Assembly (NCBI RefSeq): GCF_018350175.1
Contig: NC_058368.1
Coordinates: 226,984,001-227,048,000, forward strand
Origin: Felis catus
Lineage: Eukaryota
Length of the DNA: 64,000 nucleotides
Direction of reading: 5' to 3'
Position numbers and translations under genes: made by a program. Positions 36,334 through 48,640 of the stretch are shown here, one piece after another; within the stretch, counting starts at the first letter, position 1; each line of letters begins with the position of its first letter. The notes beneath the pieces are model-generated. The model searched no databases, was not told where the DNA came from, and worked only from the letters and a program-made list of their open reading frames with translations.

Positions 36334-37126
36334 CCTTTTACTTGGGAGGACAAAAGGTAAGGGTTTCAATTTGTATAATGAAAACTAGATAACACAAGGC
36401 AGTGGCAACTATGATTTTTTTTTTCCTCAATGACCCACATCTACCCACAGCATTTCCATTTCCCGATCATGAGAAGCGTGGAGTCAAATCAAATAGACCA
36501 TGGAAACAGTGAGGAATGAGCTTTATTACAAAGACAGCGTCTATTTCTATCACGTTGGGTTCTTCACGCTGTCGGTATGGGACATGGGTATTCATTTATT
36601 CTGTGACCGGCCTTCCTTACGCGGGACAATTTTGCTCCTCACGCAACAAGGGTTCTGACGTCACAGAGATGTGGTTACCAGCCAGGTCCACTGGGAGGGG
36701 ACCAAGTAGCCAGCTAATCAGCTAACACCCCACCATGATGAAAGGGGCGGCCGGGAAGGAGACGGCTGGCCAACAGAATTAGGTTGACCTGAACACAACA
36801 CTATACCCTCCACGGCAAGGATCAAGCATTGTAAATAGTTCCACTTGCTGACTTGACTTTGATTTGTGGGAAATCTTCCATATTTGTGTGAAGAAGGGGG
36901 AAGGGGAAAGGACCTCGGTAGATAGCCTAGTAAGTGCTTTAGGACAAAGCTCCCAAAGTCCCCCAGGCACTTCAAGCCCCTGTCTGACTCTGAGGCTTTG
37001 AATAAAACTTGCCCCCCACCCTAGTGCCTCTTTTCTCTATACCCTAGTTCGAATCTCCCCCGTGAAATTCTCCCGCTCAGTCTGACCTTGTTGTCTCCAG
37101 AAGCTAAGTATAAAAATAAGCTTGTA

Positions 37127-37257
37127 GGGGCACCTCATTGCTCGTTCAGGTGAGCATCAAACTCTTGGTTTCAGCTCAGGTCGTGATCTCATGGTTGGTG
37201 AGATCATGTCCCGCGTCGGGCTCTGTGCTGATGGTGCACAGCCTGCTTTGGATTCTC

Positions 37258-37304
<47 letters not shown>

Positions 37305-37367
37305 TGCTCCCCTGCTCACTATCTATCCCTCTCTCTCTCAAAATAAATAAACATTAAAAAAAAATTT
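37127..37367 (+). mobile_element. Older Can-SINE with expanded (CT)n
   Basis: Diverged head, long CT run, aataaa/A tail. Confidence 0.92.
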
Positions 37368-37399
37368 TAAGACCCGTATATAAAGGTATAACACAGAGG

Positions 37400-37575
37400 C
37401 CCTTCCTTGGGCAATTCTCCCTGAATCTTTGTTGCCCCAGTGTCCCCGCCTCTAAAATGTTTTAATAGTATTACCTATATCGTAGGGTTATTAAGAAGAT
37501 TGAATTTGTTCACATAAGCTAAGCAGTTACAATAGTGCCTCACGCATGGAAAGCACTATATAAGAATCACATATT
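37400..37575 (+). mobile_element. MIR
   Basis: ccttgggcaa...tacctatatcgtagggttattaagaagatt...caatagtgcct. Confidence 0.75.
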
Positions 37576-37689
37576 ATGGTAAAGACATGTATTTCTATAC
37601 AGTATTTTAAATACATCATTCATACAAAGACGTTTCTAGAATATATTATTATATGCTAGGCACTTCTGTTGGTGCCACAACACTATAAG

Positions 37690-37860
37690 AGCTGACGCTT
37701 ACTGAGCACCTACTATGTGCCGGGGCCTGTGCTAAACACTTTACACTTGCCTCATTTAATGATAGAGAGGGCGAAAGAAGAAATAGCTTACGTTGAGTGA
37801 CTAGCACACGCCAGGAAATTCTTCTTATCTGCATCACAGCAGTGGCAGAACCAGTAACGT
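37690..37860 (-). mobile_element. MIR fragment
   Basis: ttactgagcacctactatgtgccggggcctgtgctaaacactttaca...tcatttaat. Confidence 0.7.
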
Positions 37861-38137
37861 ACCCACAGTCATAGCCCAATCAGAAATGAAATCACATACA
37901 CATCATGTTCATGTCCTTTCCATGAGGCTCTTCCACATACGTCTCATATATACACGAAGAGTTGCTTTTCTGCAGTGTAGAAGCCTAAGCATACCAATGC
38001 TTCTCTGGAAAAATAAGTGTCTAATATAGAATATCAGAGGTTTTGGGAAGGGAAAATGTGTCCGTGTATCTAAGAGAGAGGACTCTGGCCACTTACTGGC
38101 ATTTATGCCCACTGAGGGGGTTTCTTCAGCTATTCTT

Positions 38138-38223
38138 TTTTTTTTTAATATGAAATTTATCGTCAACTTGGTCTCCATCCAACACCCAGTGCTCATCCCA
38201 ACAGGTGCCCTCCTCCATACCCA
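38138..38223 (-). mobile_element. Very short (~86 bp) felid L1 3'-end insertion
   Basis: Poly(T) then atgaaatttatcgtcaacttggtctccatccaacacccagtgctc; 16-bp TSD ttcttcagcYattctt (38122 / 38224). Confidence 0.92.
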
Positions 38224-39029
38224 TTCTTCAGCCATTCTTAAATACGCCTGCACAGTATTTCAAAAGGCAAAGTGCCTAGGTGGCCACGGTTCCAGAACCT
38301 CAGCATCTTAGGACAGGCCCGCTCTTAACATCTATATTAACAGCAGACGTGCCACAAACATTTGGACCCAGTCTCCTGAGAATCTGCTAAAACCAATGAA
38401 GAAAGGTTCCAATTATGCTGGGAAATGTTTCCCATCTTGTTCAGATACAACCTAAATGCTTTATAGGTTCCCAGAATAGTTTATGGGATCCTCTGGTTGG
38501 TTTTGCATCTTTGTTTTGGGCATCACCTGAGCTAGAGAGGAGGGGTGAAGTTTTAAATCACAGAAATAAACAATCGCATCGCCAGGCAACTGAATCTTTC
38601 ATATTCGGGGACCAGCGTCAGCTCTGGCCACGGGGTCTTGCCCAGAAGGGCAGTCGTCATGGCTGCCTTGGATCGTCGGAAAGAAAAGTTTCATTAGCTG
38701 TCCCCTGCCTTCACTCATCTTTGGGCATAAAGTCCGGAAATGATTGCAGCTGCAGGAAAGAAGTTAGGGGATCTGAAATGAAACTAGGGAATATGGTTTC
38801 ATTTCTCTATCCATTTCTCATTGACAGGATTAATGGGTTTCCCGTTCATTCCCAATCACTGCTGCCCCCGGCCAAGGCTTATGAACCAGGAAATGGCACC
38901 TTTTCTAGGAATTCTCCATTTTCCTTGCCCTTCAGAGCCTTCCCTCCTTGTCTGTATCAAACAGAGGTCACACAGATTTCTAATAGAAAGAACTGATAAA
39001 AAGGACCAGGTCAATCTCTACAAGCTCCT

Positions 39030-39244
39030 CATCAGATACCTTGTAACTCATTGGAGTCCCCCGGAGAGTTTCGTGAAAATGGAGATATACAACTCACCTC
39101 AGAAACTCTCATTTCATGGGGCGCCCGGGTGGCTCTGTCAGTTAAGCATCTGACCCTTGATTTCAGCTCAGGTCATGATCTCACAGTTCATGGGTTCAAG
39201 AACCATGTAGGGCTCTGCACTGCCAGTACAGAGTCTGCTTGGGA

Positions 39245-39276
<32 letters not shown>

Positions 39277-39412
39277 ATATATAAACTCAAAAAAGCTTTG
39301 TAAATAAAAAAAGAAAGAAATTCTGATTTTGTAGGTCTGAGAAGGCCCCTGGACAGTAGTAGTCTATAAAGCTCGCCGGGAGATTCTAATACACAGCTGA
39401 GGGAAACCAGCT
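39030..39412. mobile_element. MER5A-like MITE interrupted by a SINE
   Basis: cattggagtcccccggagagtttcgtgaaaat...cctcaga | ttctgattttgtaggtctg...aagctcgccgggagattctaat. Confidence 0.7.
39118..39315 (+). mobile_element. Older Can-SINE
   Basis: SINE head and (CT)n; degenerate TSD agaaactctcattt / agaaattctgattt. Confidence 0.92.
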
Positions 39413-40312
39413 CCCTGCTTCCTGGAGGAAGTGCCTTGGTCCAGTCTCTTTCTTTCACCTTTAAGTTAAACTCCATTTGGAGTCTCCCTCTGCTGCTGCT
39501 TCTCAGGAATCACCCATGACTTTGCTTCCGCGCAGGGCCCCCTTCATCAACGGGTCGTTGGGATTGAGCGTGTTTCTCAACACCGACTTTGCCCCTAGTT
39601 GTTTGCCAGTTCTGTCTTCCAATATGGGACCTAGGCAGGGGAGTTTAGGGGCTAGTTGCCACTTGCTTTAAGCCCCACGTAGGTCTCAAATGTAGACTCT
39701 TGGCCTAATTGACAACTAGATGCATACAGCCGGAAAGATACCCTGGCAGGTGCGAAAGACCGCTTTCCACGTGAGAGCTTTAAATATAAATCCAACTAAT
39801 AAACTGTATCACCTAGAGTGTGCAATGGATTCACATTTTTATAAATCACAAAACTGCTTTTGAAGGACACAATTACCATACACTGTATCGGGGGGTATAT
39901 TTGAAGCACCGGTGAGATAAATGGCAAGCTCTTTAGCCTCATCGCAAATTTTGTGACCCGGCCCTGGCTTCTTTCGTTTCGAATCTCTTGGAAGAGGGGA
40001 GTATCCTGCCACACCTGTGGGGTCTCACAGACCTTACCCGGGTGTGGTGTCCCAGGCCTCACTCCACACGAGGAGACGAAAAACTAAGCCAGCAATCCCT
40101 CCACCCGCACCCCTTTCTGTCAGAGAATCCACAACAAGGCCAGGACGAGGGTGTGGTAAGAGAGACACGGAGGGCCAGTATTTTAAGGGGACACTCCCTG
40201 TCAGGTAACAATCGTGCATTGCACAGCCCTGAACGCGAGCGCCTCCTGAAATATTGTACTGCGAGTGGTCAGGTACTTACTGAGCCAGCACACTTGTGCA
40301 CACTTATGCATG

Positions 40313-40316
<4 letters not shown>

Positions 40317-40355
<39 letters not shown>
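40317..40355. repeat. (CA)n microsatellite (~19 units)
   Basis: Direct inspection. Confidence 0.95.
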
Positions 40356-40359
<4 letters not shown>

Positions 40360-40418
40360 GTCCAGCCCGATAACAAAACTTCTGATGTAAAGTATCCCAT
40401 TAAAATGCCTCTTACTCA

Positions 40419-40629
40419 GGGGCCCCTGGGTGGCTCAGTTGGCTAAGCATCCAACTGCGGCTCAGGTCATGAACTTGAAGTTTGTGAGTTCCAGCCCCGC
40501 ATCGAGCTCTGAGCTGACAGCTGAGAGCGTGGAGCCTGCTTCGGATTCTGGGACTCCTTCTGCACTCCTCTCTCCCTCTCTCTGTCTCTCTCAAAGATAA
40601 ATAAACATTAAAAAATGTTTAAATAAAAA
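40419..40629 (+). mobile_element. Can-SINE
   Basis: Perfect 18-bp TSD taaaatgcctcttactca. Confidence 0.95.
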
Positions 40630-41479
40630 TAAAATGCCTCTTACTCAAAAGTACGTTTTGCTTTTAAGAGATGTATTTGATCCATTGATTTTTCTGTCAT
40701 AATCATGGAAAAAATCTAAGCCTGGCTATCAGACATGAATAATCCCGAACTGGTTTACAAGGTTCGCGGGGAAGAGTAAAAACAGAAAATGTGTTGAAAA
40801 GACATGTTTGTATGTGGCGTTCATTCTTGCAGATATATAAGCAGGAAAGAGCCATGGGAACCCTTGGCGGCCGACCGACTGAGACTGTTAATTATTACTT
40901 TTGTTTTTATTAAAGAGAGTTCTCACAAAAGTTATAAATATACGGTGTTCTTTGAAATGGTGGAGACAACGAGGAAAAAGACCAAATCTAATCCAGCCAA
41001 GTTGAAAACTAGGTCTGTGGAGACCTTGGTGGCATGCGTGTGATTTATCCTGAGGCATTTTTCAGGGAAAAAGACGAACTACAAGAAAGCATCGTTCTGT
41101 TCTTCCTAAAAGAGAGAGAGAGAGAAGTCAAAAGGTTAATATTGTTTACATCAGTTTACTTTATTGTTTCAGTTCACTGCAAGTTCAAGTTACTTTTCCA
41201 TGTTGAAAGGACTCCTACATCACTTATGTATATACAGAAGCACACCCCTAATGAGACAACCCACTTGAACTCAAGAACACTCACTCACTGTAGCAGCTCT
41301 CAGAAGAAAGAACTATTTCTTCGGCAGTGAAAAGGCTGTTGTCCCTGAAGCCCGTTGTGGGAAAAATTTGCTTATCCAATGGAATTTCCTATTCGCAAGT
41401 TCTTTATCCGGTTTTTTAAATTTGACTTCCACAAATGAATAACCAGGGCGATGAAGATTAGGAGGATCCGTCACCAGGA

Positions 41480-41930
41480 GTGACGGATTCCCCGAGTTCG
41501 GATCACTACCTTGGGCAGGCTGTCTAGCCTCTCTGCTACTATAATTCTTCATCTGCAAAGTGCAAACAATGAAAACACCTATCCACGACGACCCTAGTAA
41601 TTAACAATTCACCTTTAGCCTTTTAACACTTGCTAAGTGCTTGGCACAATGCCTACTTTAAAGCCAGGGCTCGGGGCGCCTGGGTGGTGCAGTCGGTTAA
41701 GCGTCCGACTTCAGCCAGGTCACGATCTCGCGGTCCGTGAGTTCGAGCCCCGCGTCAGGCTCTGGGCTGATGGCTCGGAGCCTGGAGCCTGTTTCCGATT
41801 CTGTGTCTCCCTCTCTCTCTGCCCCTCCCCCATTCATGCTCTGTCTCTCTCTGTCCCAAAAATAAATAAATGTTGAAAAAAAATTAAAAAAAAAAAAAGC
41901 CAGGGCTCAACATTTAGCCATACTTATGCT
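41480..41930 (+). mobile_element. MIR interrupted by a SINE
   Basis: accttgggcaggctgtctagcctctctg...ttcttcatctgcaaagtg...aagtgcttggcacaatgcct. Confidence 0.7.
41673..41895 (+). mobile_element. Can-SINE, young SINEC_Fc type
   Basis: Near-consensus; perfect TSD aaagccagggctc. Confidence 0.97.
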
Positions 41931-42351
41931 TAATATTATCAAAAATCCTTAAATAATCTGTCAGGATACAAGACACCTTAAAGAGGTTCTTAAAGAGATC
42001 TTTTATACTTTGTCAGGATTCAAGATCTTTTTTGTAGCCAACAGCCCATGTTAGAAGGCTCGCAGGCCCCTTGGGAAGAAGTTAAGAGAGTTCAATGAAC
42101 CAATACAGAATTTGTCAGCAAAAGATATTGTTCCTGCATATTGTAGGTTCCAATTACACTAAAATCTTATCTATTTTAACTAGACAAGTAAACTGTGAAG
42201 TTATGTGTTTTGCCAGCGACTGACCTGTGTGACCACAAGCAGAACAGTATGGGACCCATCCCTCCGGGCTTGGAGATAAAAGCCACTGTTTTCAAAGGGA
42301 GGAGAGCCCTCAAAAAGAGGAGAAAAACAAACTGTTAAGAAACAAAGACGT

Positions 42352-42600
42352 GGGGCACCTCGGTGGCTCAGTCGGTTAAGCATCTGAGTTCGGCTCAGGT
42401 CATGATCTCACAGTTTGTGGGTTCGAGCCCCACATCGGGCTCTGTGCTGACAGCTCAGAGCCTGGAGCCTGCTTCTGAATCTGTGTCTCCCTCTCTCTCT
42501 CTCTCTCTCTCTCTGCTCCTCCCCCTGTCATGCTGTGTCTCTGTCTCTCTCTCTCTCTCAAAAATAAATAAACATAAACATTTTTTTTAAAAAAAAGAAA
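42352..42600 (+). mobile_element. Can-SINE
   Basis: Full length; TSD aagaaacaaagaYgt. Confidence 0.95.
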
Positions 42601-44524
42601 AAGAAACAAAGATGTTTTCGTATAGATATATCCATAAGGAGAGAAAGAAAAATGGGCACTATCGCTAAAGGGAGATAACATGAAATGAATTTGTTCTGAT
42701 GATTAGTGCGTTGTGTAGGCACAACCAGGAAGTCCCTGGATGTTATTGGTCTCTTCTTCTTGCCTGGATTTCTGTAGATCAAAAGTTATATGAATTCCCC
42801 TTAGAGTTATTAGGTTGAATGGTACATGGGAAGCCTAAGGTATATCAGTTCACTGTTTTCATGATTATCACATTTTTCACGATCACCGCTGATTGTAATT
42901 ACCATCGACCTGTAAGTTCCACCAGAACCACTTCAGGATTCAGGGAAAATTCAAGTCAGACACAGATGTTCCTATAATTTTGTTAAGAAGCGAAGACGTT
43001 TTCATGTAAGTATCCCTAAGGAGAGAAAGAAAAATGGGCACCAGGGCTCAAAGGGACGTTGTTTCTGTATATCGCTGACAAGCATTATGTTGAAATGATT
43101 GACAGAGTCTATTCCGCAGCTAACAACCCTGTTGTGCTGTGAAGGGGGGTTACTGCCTTCAGCCACGTGAGGCAAAGGTTTGGTTATCGAGTCAGCAGAC
43201 CTGGATCACAGGCTTTGCTCCATCACTGACCAGAACTGTGGGATTACGGACAACTGTTCTGTCGCTCTGAGGCGCAAATACTTCGCTCTTAGGGCGTGGT
43301 TGGGCGTAATGGTATCGGAATAGGCATGGCTGTCAAAAGACAATAAATAAATGTAAATTTTCCTCAAACTAGAATCAACCCCAAGGAGGCCACTCTCGGG
43401 CCACATGCCACAAACCCCAATTCTATGGTTTCTTCTCCATTTTCCATGACAGGGTATCCACCCAGACATTCTTTAAACCATTCTTCTTAGATTGTTGCTT
43501 CGTAACCTTGGTGAACTACAGCCCCGTTTCAGCTCTTTGTGCAATAACTGTATTAATGTCATGGCATCTTTTACTTTTTTTACTTGGCTGACTCAAGAAA
43601 AGTGTAGAAATTCTTGGTGTCAAATTTACTTAAATTATTGGGTTTCTTGTCTTCCTCTGATGGTTCCCAATGAGTTAGTAGTAGAAAGGGCCTTTATAAA
43701 TCCAGGATGTGCCGTCATCAATGTTGTTATGATGATATCAGTTGCCTTAAGGCAAATTTAATAAATTGAGACACCACACTAACATCATGCTTCAACGTTC
43801 TCAGCAAGAAGCTCTGTCATAATCATTTCTAGCTTGAGGGACCGTGTCCCATGAAAACAAGACTTGGCAGGGGAACGAGATGGATTGTTCTGAGTGATTC
43901 GTAAACTACATCTTGCAAATTAATAGTCCAAAGTTGACGTGGACAGTTCCCAAACTGAAAGAGATGCCATTTTCATTCATTCTGGTCTTTAGGTCTTTTC
44001 TAGAAACATGACAGTTCTGGAATAAACATAAGATCTTCCTTTGGATTAAAAAAAAAAATGACAAGAGCATCTCTCTAGCCGTGTCACAGTCATCCTGGGA
44101 ACAGACTTAGAAGTTTCATCCAACAAGGTGATGTAGCTTCCGGAACAGTGAAACAGCAACCCAAATGTCATGTGTTTAGAATGAAGTCAGTAGTGTCCTT
44201 CCTTGACTCTGCCCAAGTGAGACCTTCCCTAGAGCATGGAGTGAAGCACCAGGTGAGAGGTGCATGGGGGAGGAGTGAAGAGAAGGCCGCAGAGATCTGA
44301 AGCCTTGACGTGTGTGTGGATAGTTGACTTTCACTTCCCTCCCAAGGCCAAGGGCACTGTTTCCTCTGCAGGTTCCTTAGCAGCTGCCCCTTTTGTCATC
44401 CTCACGTCTGCCCCTTGCACTCCCCTGTGCTAGTCTGAGCCTCCCTTGTGTCTCACTGTTATTGCAACACCTTCCCCTCCCTCTGGGCTCTCCCCGTGCC
44501 GATCCTGCCCCCCACCAACACTGT

Positions 44525-44745
44525 AACAGTTTAGAGCCCGGGCTCAGGAGCCAGGCTGCTTGCGTGAGGGTTCTGGCTCTGCCATTCACAGCTATGTCAC
44601 CTTGAGGAAATTGCTCAAATTCTCTACGTTTCCACCTAAGTGGGGGCAGTCCTATTTATTCCACAAGAATATTGAGAAAGTGCTGAGTATTCATATATGA
44701 GAAGCACTACAGCAGTGCCTGCATACAGCAAGCGCCTTATTAATG
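44525..44745 (+). mobile_element. MIR
   Basis: ggctcaggagccaggctg...ctggctctgccattcacagctatgtcaccttgagg. Confidence 0.8.
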
Positions 44746-44809
44746 ACTGTTCAAGTGGGCTTTCTGCATACAGCAAGCGCCTTATTACTGACTTGTTCAA
44801 GCGGGCTTT
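44719..44809 (+). repeat. Tandem duplication, 2 x ~45 bp
   Basis: ctgcatacagcaagcgccttattaMtgact(t)gttcaagYgggcttt at 44719 and 44764. Confidence 0.95.
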
Positions 44810-45579
44810 CTGGCACTCCCTTTTCCAATGTTGCAAGTGGCTCGTATTGCCTAAACACTGCAAATCGAACCCCTCAGTACAGCATCCTGGGCCATCCTTG
44901 CTCTAAGCCTTAGCCTTCCAGGTTTGTCTAAAACTCTGTGCTTTAGACGCATGCACGCTTCAATCCGCGTGCGCCAGGCTACCCAGCATAACCAAACGCT
45001 GCCATACGCGTTTCCCATCTCCTCACTTGGGCCCTCACTGCCACTCCTGACTAACAGCCCACTTTCCCCAAAGCACCTTTTAAAATACTGCATCTCCTCC
45101 AAGGCCTGGATCAAAGGAACTGTCATCCAGAAATGTAGTCCTGGTAAGCCCATTTGGAAAGATGATCGCATCCACAACGTTTGTCTGGCCCTCTGTCACT
45201 GTATTACAGACACTGTCACATTCACTCTTGTATTCCCGGACCTGGGAAGGAGGGCTTAGGTGTACAGGGACAGGTCACCAAAAATTGCCCCGGATCAGAC
45301 TCTGTGATGTTTCTGTACTTGAAAAGAAACATGCCAAGGATTTTCCTCTTTAGCTATTAGGAGTAAAGGCAGGAGACAGAGAATGACCTGGGGAGTTGTT
45401 CTAGGGGCTAAAATCTGAAATAGCTAACATCTTAAGAGAAGATGATGGTAACATATCTGATAGCAAGGGGACCTGTGGCTTGAAGGAACTAGTCAAGTAG
45501 TTATCGTCAAATCTCCAACACGGAACTAATCTCTGTTGTGAGAATTAGCGTGAATATCCTCTCCAAAGAAGACAATTCT

Positions 45580-45770
45580 GGGGCGCCTGGGCGGCTCACT
45601 CGGCTAAGCATCTAACTCTTGATTTTGGCTCAGGTCATGATCTCACAGTTCGTGAGTTGGGGCTCTGTGCTGACAGTGCAGAGCCTGCTTCGAATTCTCT
45701 CTCTCCCTCTCTCTCTGCCCCTCCCCACCCCAGCTCGTGCTGTCTATCTCCAAGAAAAAAATTTTTGAAA
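45580..45770 (+). mobile_element. Older Can-SINE with a small internal deletion
   Basis: SINE head and CT run; TSD aaagaagacaattctg / aaagaagacgactctg. Confidence 0.92.
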
Positions 45771-47562
45771 AAAGAAGACGACTCTGATTCATTTCATATT
45801 TGCACTATCTCGTATGTTACGTTCTTTGAATCGTAACGAGGGACGTTTTCTCACTTAAGCGGTTGTCTTGAAATCGTTCCTTCTGAAAGCGTGGTTATCA
45901 CCAGCTCTTGTTAAATGTTGGAGTCCTTAAATCTTGCGGAACACGGGAGCCAGCTTAAAGGCAAAAGAGGATTCCCTGGAAGTTTCTACCCTACGGATAC
46001 ACGATATTGCAATTTGCCAACATACTGAAAGGAACAGATGTTAGAAGTTGCAGTAACTTCACGCAACTGGTCAAGAAAGAGCTGCCTTAAAGCATTTCTA
46101 AATTTTTCTGGTCCTTTCCTGAACGGCAAAGTTTCACAAGGGTTGGCAAAGATAAGGTCTGTTATGCAAACTCTAGTTGGAGTCATCATTTTACAGAGTG
46201 GTAAAGTGAGTTCAGTTTGGGGAACAACTAATCTACAGTCAATACAAATCTTGGGAACCAAATCTTGATAACAATAGCATGTCTTGATGTTGGAGGCAAA
46301 GTACTGGCTTCGGGTGTTTCTAAGCAAAATTATTGACTCCGTGATAATTCATCCACAATTAATCCACAGAGGTTTTAGAAAACCAGAAACCAAGGGTCAT
46401 CCATAATTTTGAAATGGGAAAATATACTCTACTTTCTAAGGCAGACTATCATTATTTGGGTTCATGGATACCAGTCCAGGCATGAGCTTGTCTATGCACA
46501 TCACTATATCCTGACACAGTGGGAAGTACATTTAGTCAGTTGACCTGATAAATGAGTTGGGGCTTAATTCAGTTTGTGGGTTCACCTAGTGAAAGACAAA
46601 TGTTTGCACTTCATTCAGCCTTGGATAATTCAAAAGTTACGCTGCTCTAACAAGAAAATCCATTAAGCATAGTTGTTCAAGCGTCTGTTCATTTGGGGGG
46701 AGAATTTATCAGGAGGTTGTCAGAGGAAAAGAACCCAAGTGATGCCTCTCCAGACACTGAGCTTACCCTGCGGATTTGAGAAGGGTCCCTTCCCTGCCAA
46801 AGAGCCCGCACCGGAGACAAGCCTGAAAAAGGACCACACTCGCAGACAGGGTCCCGTGGCAGCCTCCTCACCTCTTCTAAGCTTTGGGTTTGGCTTCACC
46901 AACATTGAACTCTCCTAGACACTTACAATGATCTATAGCCTCAGTTTGAAGCTCATCCAAAGACAACTGCAGAGCCATCAAGTTTTATTTCTATTAGGAT
47001 CCTCTGGAATTTACTGAGTCTGCACTAGACTTTGGACAAAAATGACCTTGGGTTGCTTTGTCACAGGAACACAGGAGTCATACATTTCAATCGTTAGCTC
47101 CTCACAGACTATGAAAGCCCAATATTGAAGATTGAGCCTATTAAAGACGATATCCTCTGTAAAGGTTTTCAGCGAGAAGTGTTTTCTGCTTTGATTTTGA
47201 AGGTTAATGGAAGTGTCATGGAAACCCTCGCACATCCATAATTCTACGGATGCCCAGAAGAAGGAAGCATGTCCACTGGCAGTTGTATTCAGAATCCATG
47301 CCACAAGTAGAGTCGAATGTAGTTTACATTGAACTTAATGGGTCATGGGTTAACAGAGAGAAATGCTAGGTGAAGCCCTGGCATTAATACACGACAACAT
47401 AAACAGCCAGAAGAAATGACGAGGTGTTTAGGGCAGACAGGAAAATACTTCATGGAAGAAACAACTTCATAGAGTTCCATGAGATTACTGGTATATATGC
47501 CCCCCTCTTCTGCCTGTCACCCACACTCCCCGCCACCTTCCGAGTAAAACAATCCTCTGAAA

Positions 47563-47581
47563 CACTGCCATCTAGTGGCCA
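47563..47581 (-). promoter_or_regulatory. Candidate CTCF binding motif
   Basis: Minus strand TGGCCACTAGATGGCAGTG, a close match to the CTCF core consensus; outside recognised repeats. Confidence 0.6.
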
Positions 47582-48104
47582 CTCCCGGAGAGAGCATGGG
47601 CGCTGGGCACCTGAAACCCCAATCACCCAAGAGAGGAAAATTGAAGATCAAGTTCTGACAAATGGGCCTTTCGGGGATGAGGAACTTCAGACCCTCCAAA
47701 ATGTCAAGTACCGTGCTCAAGGTGATTCACGTGACAAGTGGCATTTATACAAAATAGAATTCACTTTTTAAAAATTACAACAGTATTTCCAAAGTGCTGA
47801 GTGTGTGCACAAGCAAGGAACCATTCTGGGAAAAACAAAATAGAATTAAAGAAACAGTAAAAGAAGAAAAGAAAGGAGGAGGAGGAGGAAGAAGGAGAAG
47901 AAGAAGAATCATCTGAGCAGCATCAGTACTGCCCAATAGAAGTTCTGCAATGATTAAAAAAAGAAAAAAAAAAAGGAGACCATGTCTCAAGAAGACTCCT
48001 GCACATGAAGGTCACTCAAAAGGTGACTATTTCTGATCTGTGAGATGAGTTGTGCCCGGGGCATTCCAGAAGAGAGGCACGGTACTTGGGATCATGGTGT
48101 CCCC

Positions 48105-48640
48105 GATTTTTATTTTGGGAAAATTCTCAAACCTTCCAAAAAGCCAAAAGAGAAAAAACAAATTGGCCCTGTATTCCCATCCTTCCGATTCGCCAGCTGT
48201 TAACATGTTGCTACTTTCTTCATCTCTGTATGTCAGTTAGAATGATTGCAGTCATCATTGGACAGAGCTTACCCTGGAGTATTTTAGTATTTAGGTCCCA
48301 AGAATAAGGGCCGTCTTCTCTGGAACCTCATTATCAATGTCACGCTGAAGAAATTTAATGAGTCAGTAACATTACGTAACACAGAGTCCATGTTTGAAAT
48401 TCTTTTCAGTTGTCTCCAAAAACGTCTTCTATACCTTTTCTTCTTCCTGATCCAAGGTCCACCCAAAGTTCACATGATGCATTCGATTATTATGTGTCTT
48501 CAGTCTCTTTGCAGGTGGGACAGCCTCTCGCCATCACCCTTTTTACTGTTCATGACGTTGATGTGTCTGGAGAGCCCAGAGAGTGGCCTATTCCATTTCT
48601 GACATTCTGCGTATGTCCGTGTGTTTGGACTTCAGAGGAC
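48105..48640 (-). mobile_element. L1MC-type 3' end
   Basis: ttttattttgggaaaattctcaaac, cccaagaataaggg, cagttgtctccaaaaacgtc, ttcatgacgttga antisense L1MC 3'UTR motifs. Confidence 0.8.

Noticed and set aside
38415..38996. 193-aa ORF in non-repeat DNA
   Set aside because: No recognisable domain, promoter or splice context, and composition looks like translated noncoding DNA. A tBLASTn/PhyloCSF hit with frame conservation would reverse this.
41959..42025. Short repeats tgtcaggatWcaaga x2 and cttaaagag x2
   Set aside because: Too short to separate from ordinary local slippage
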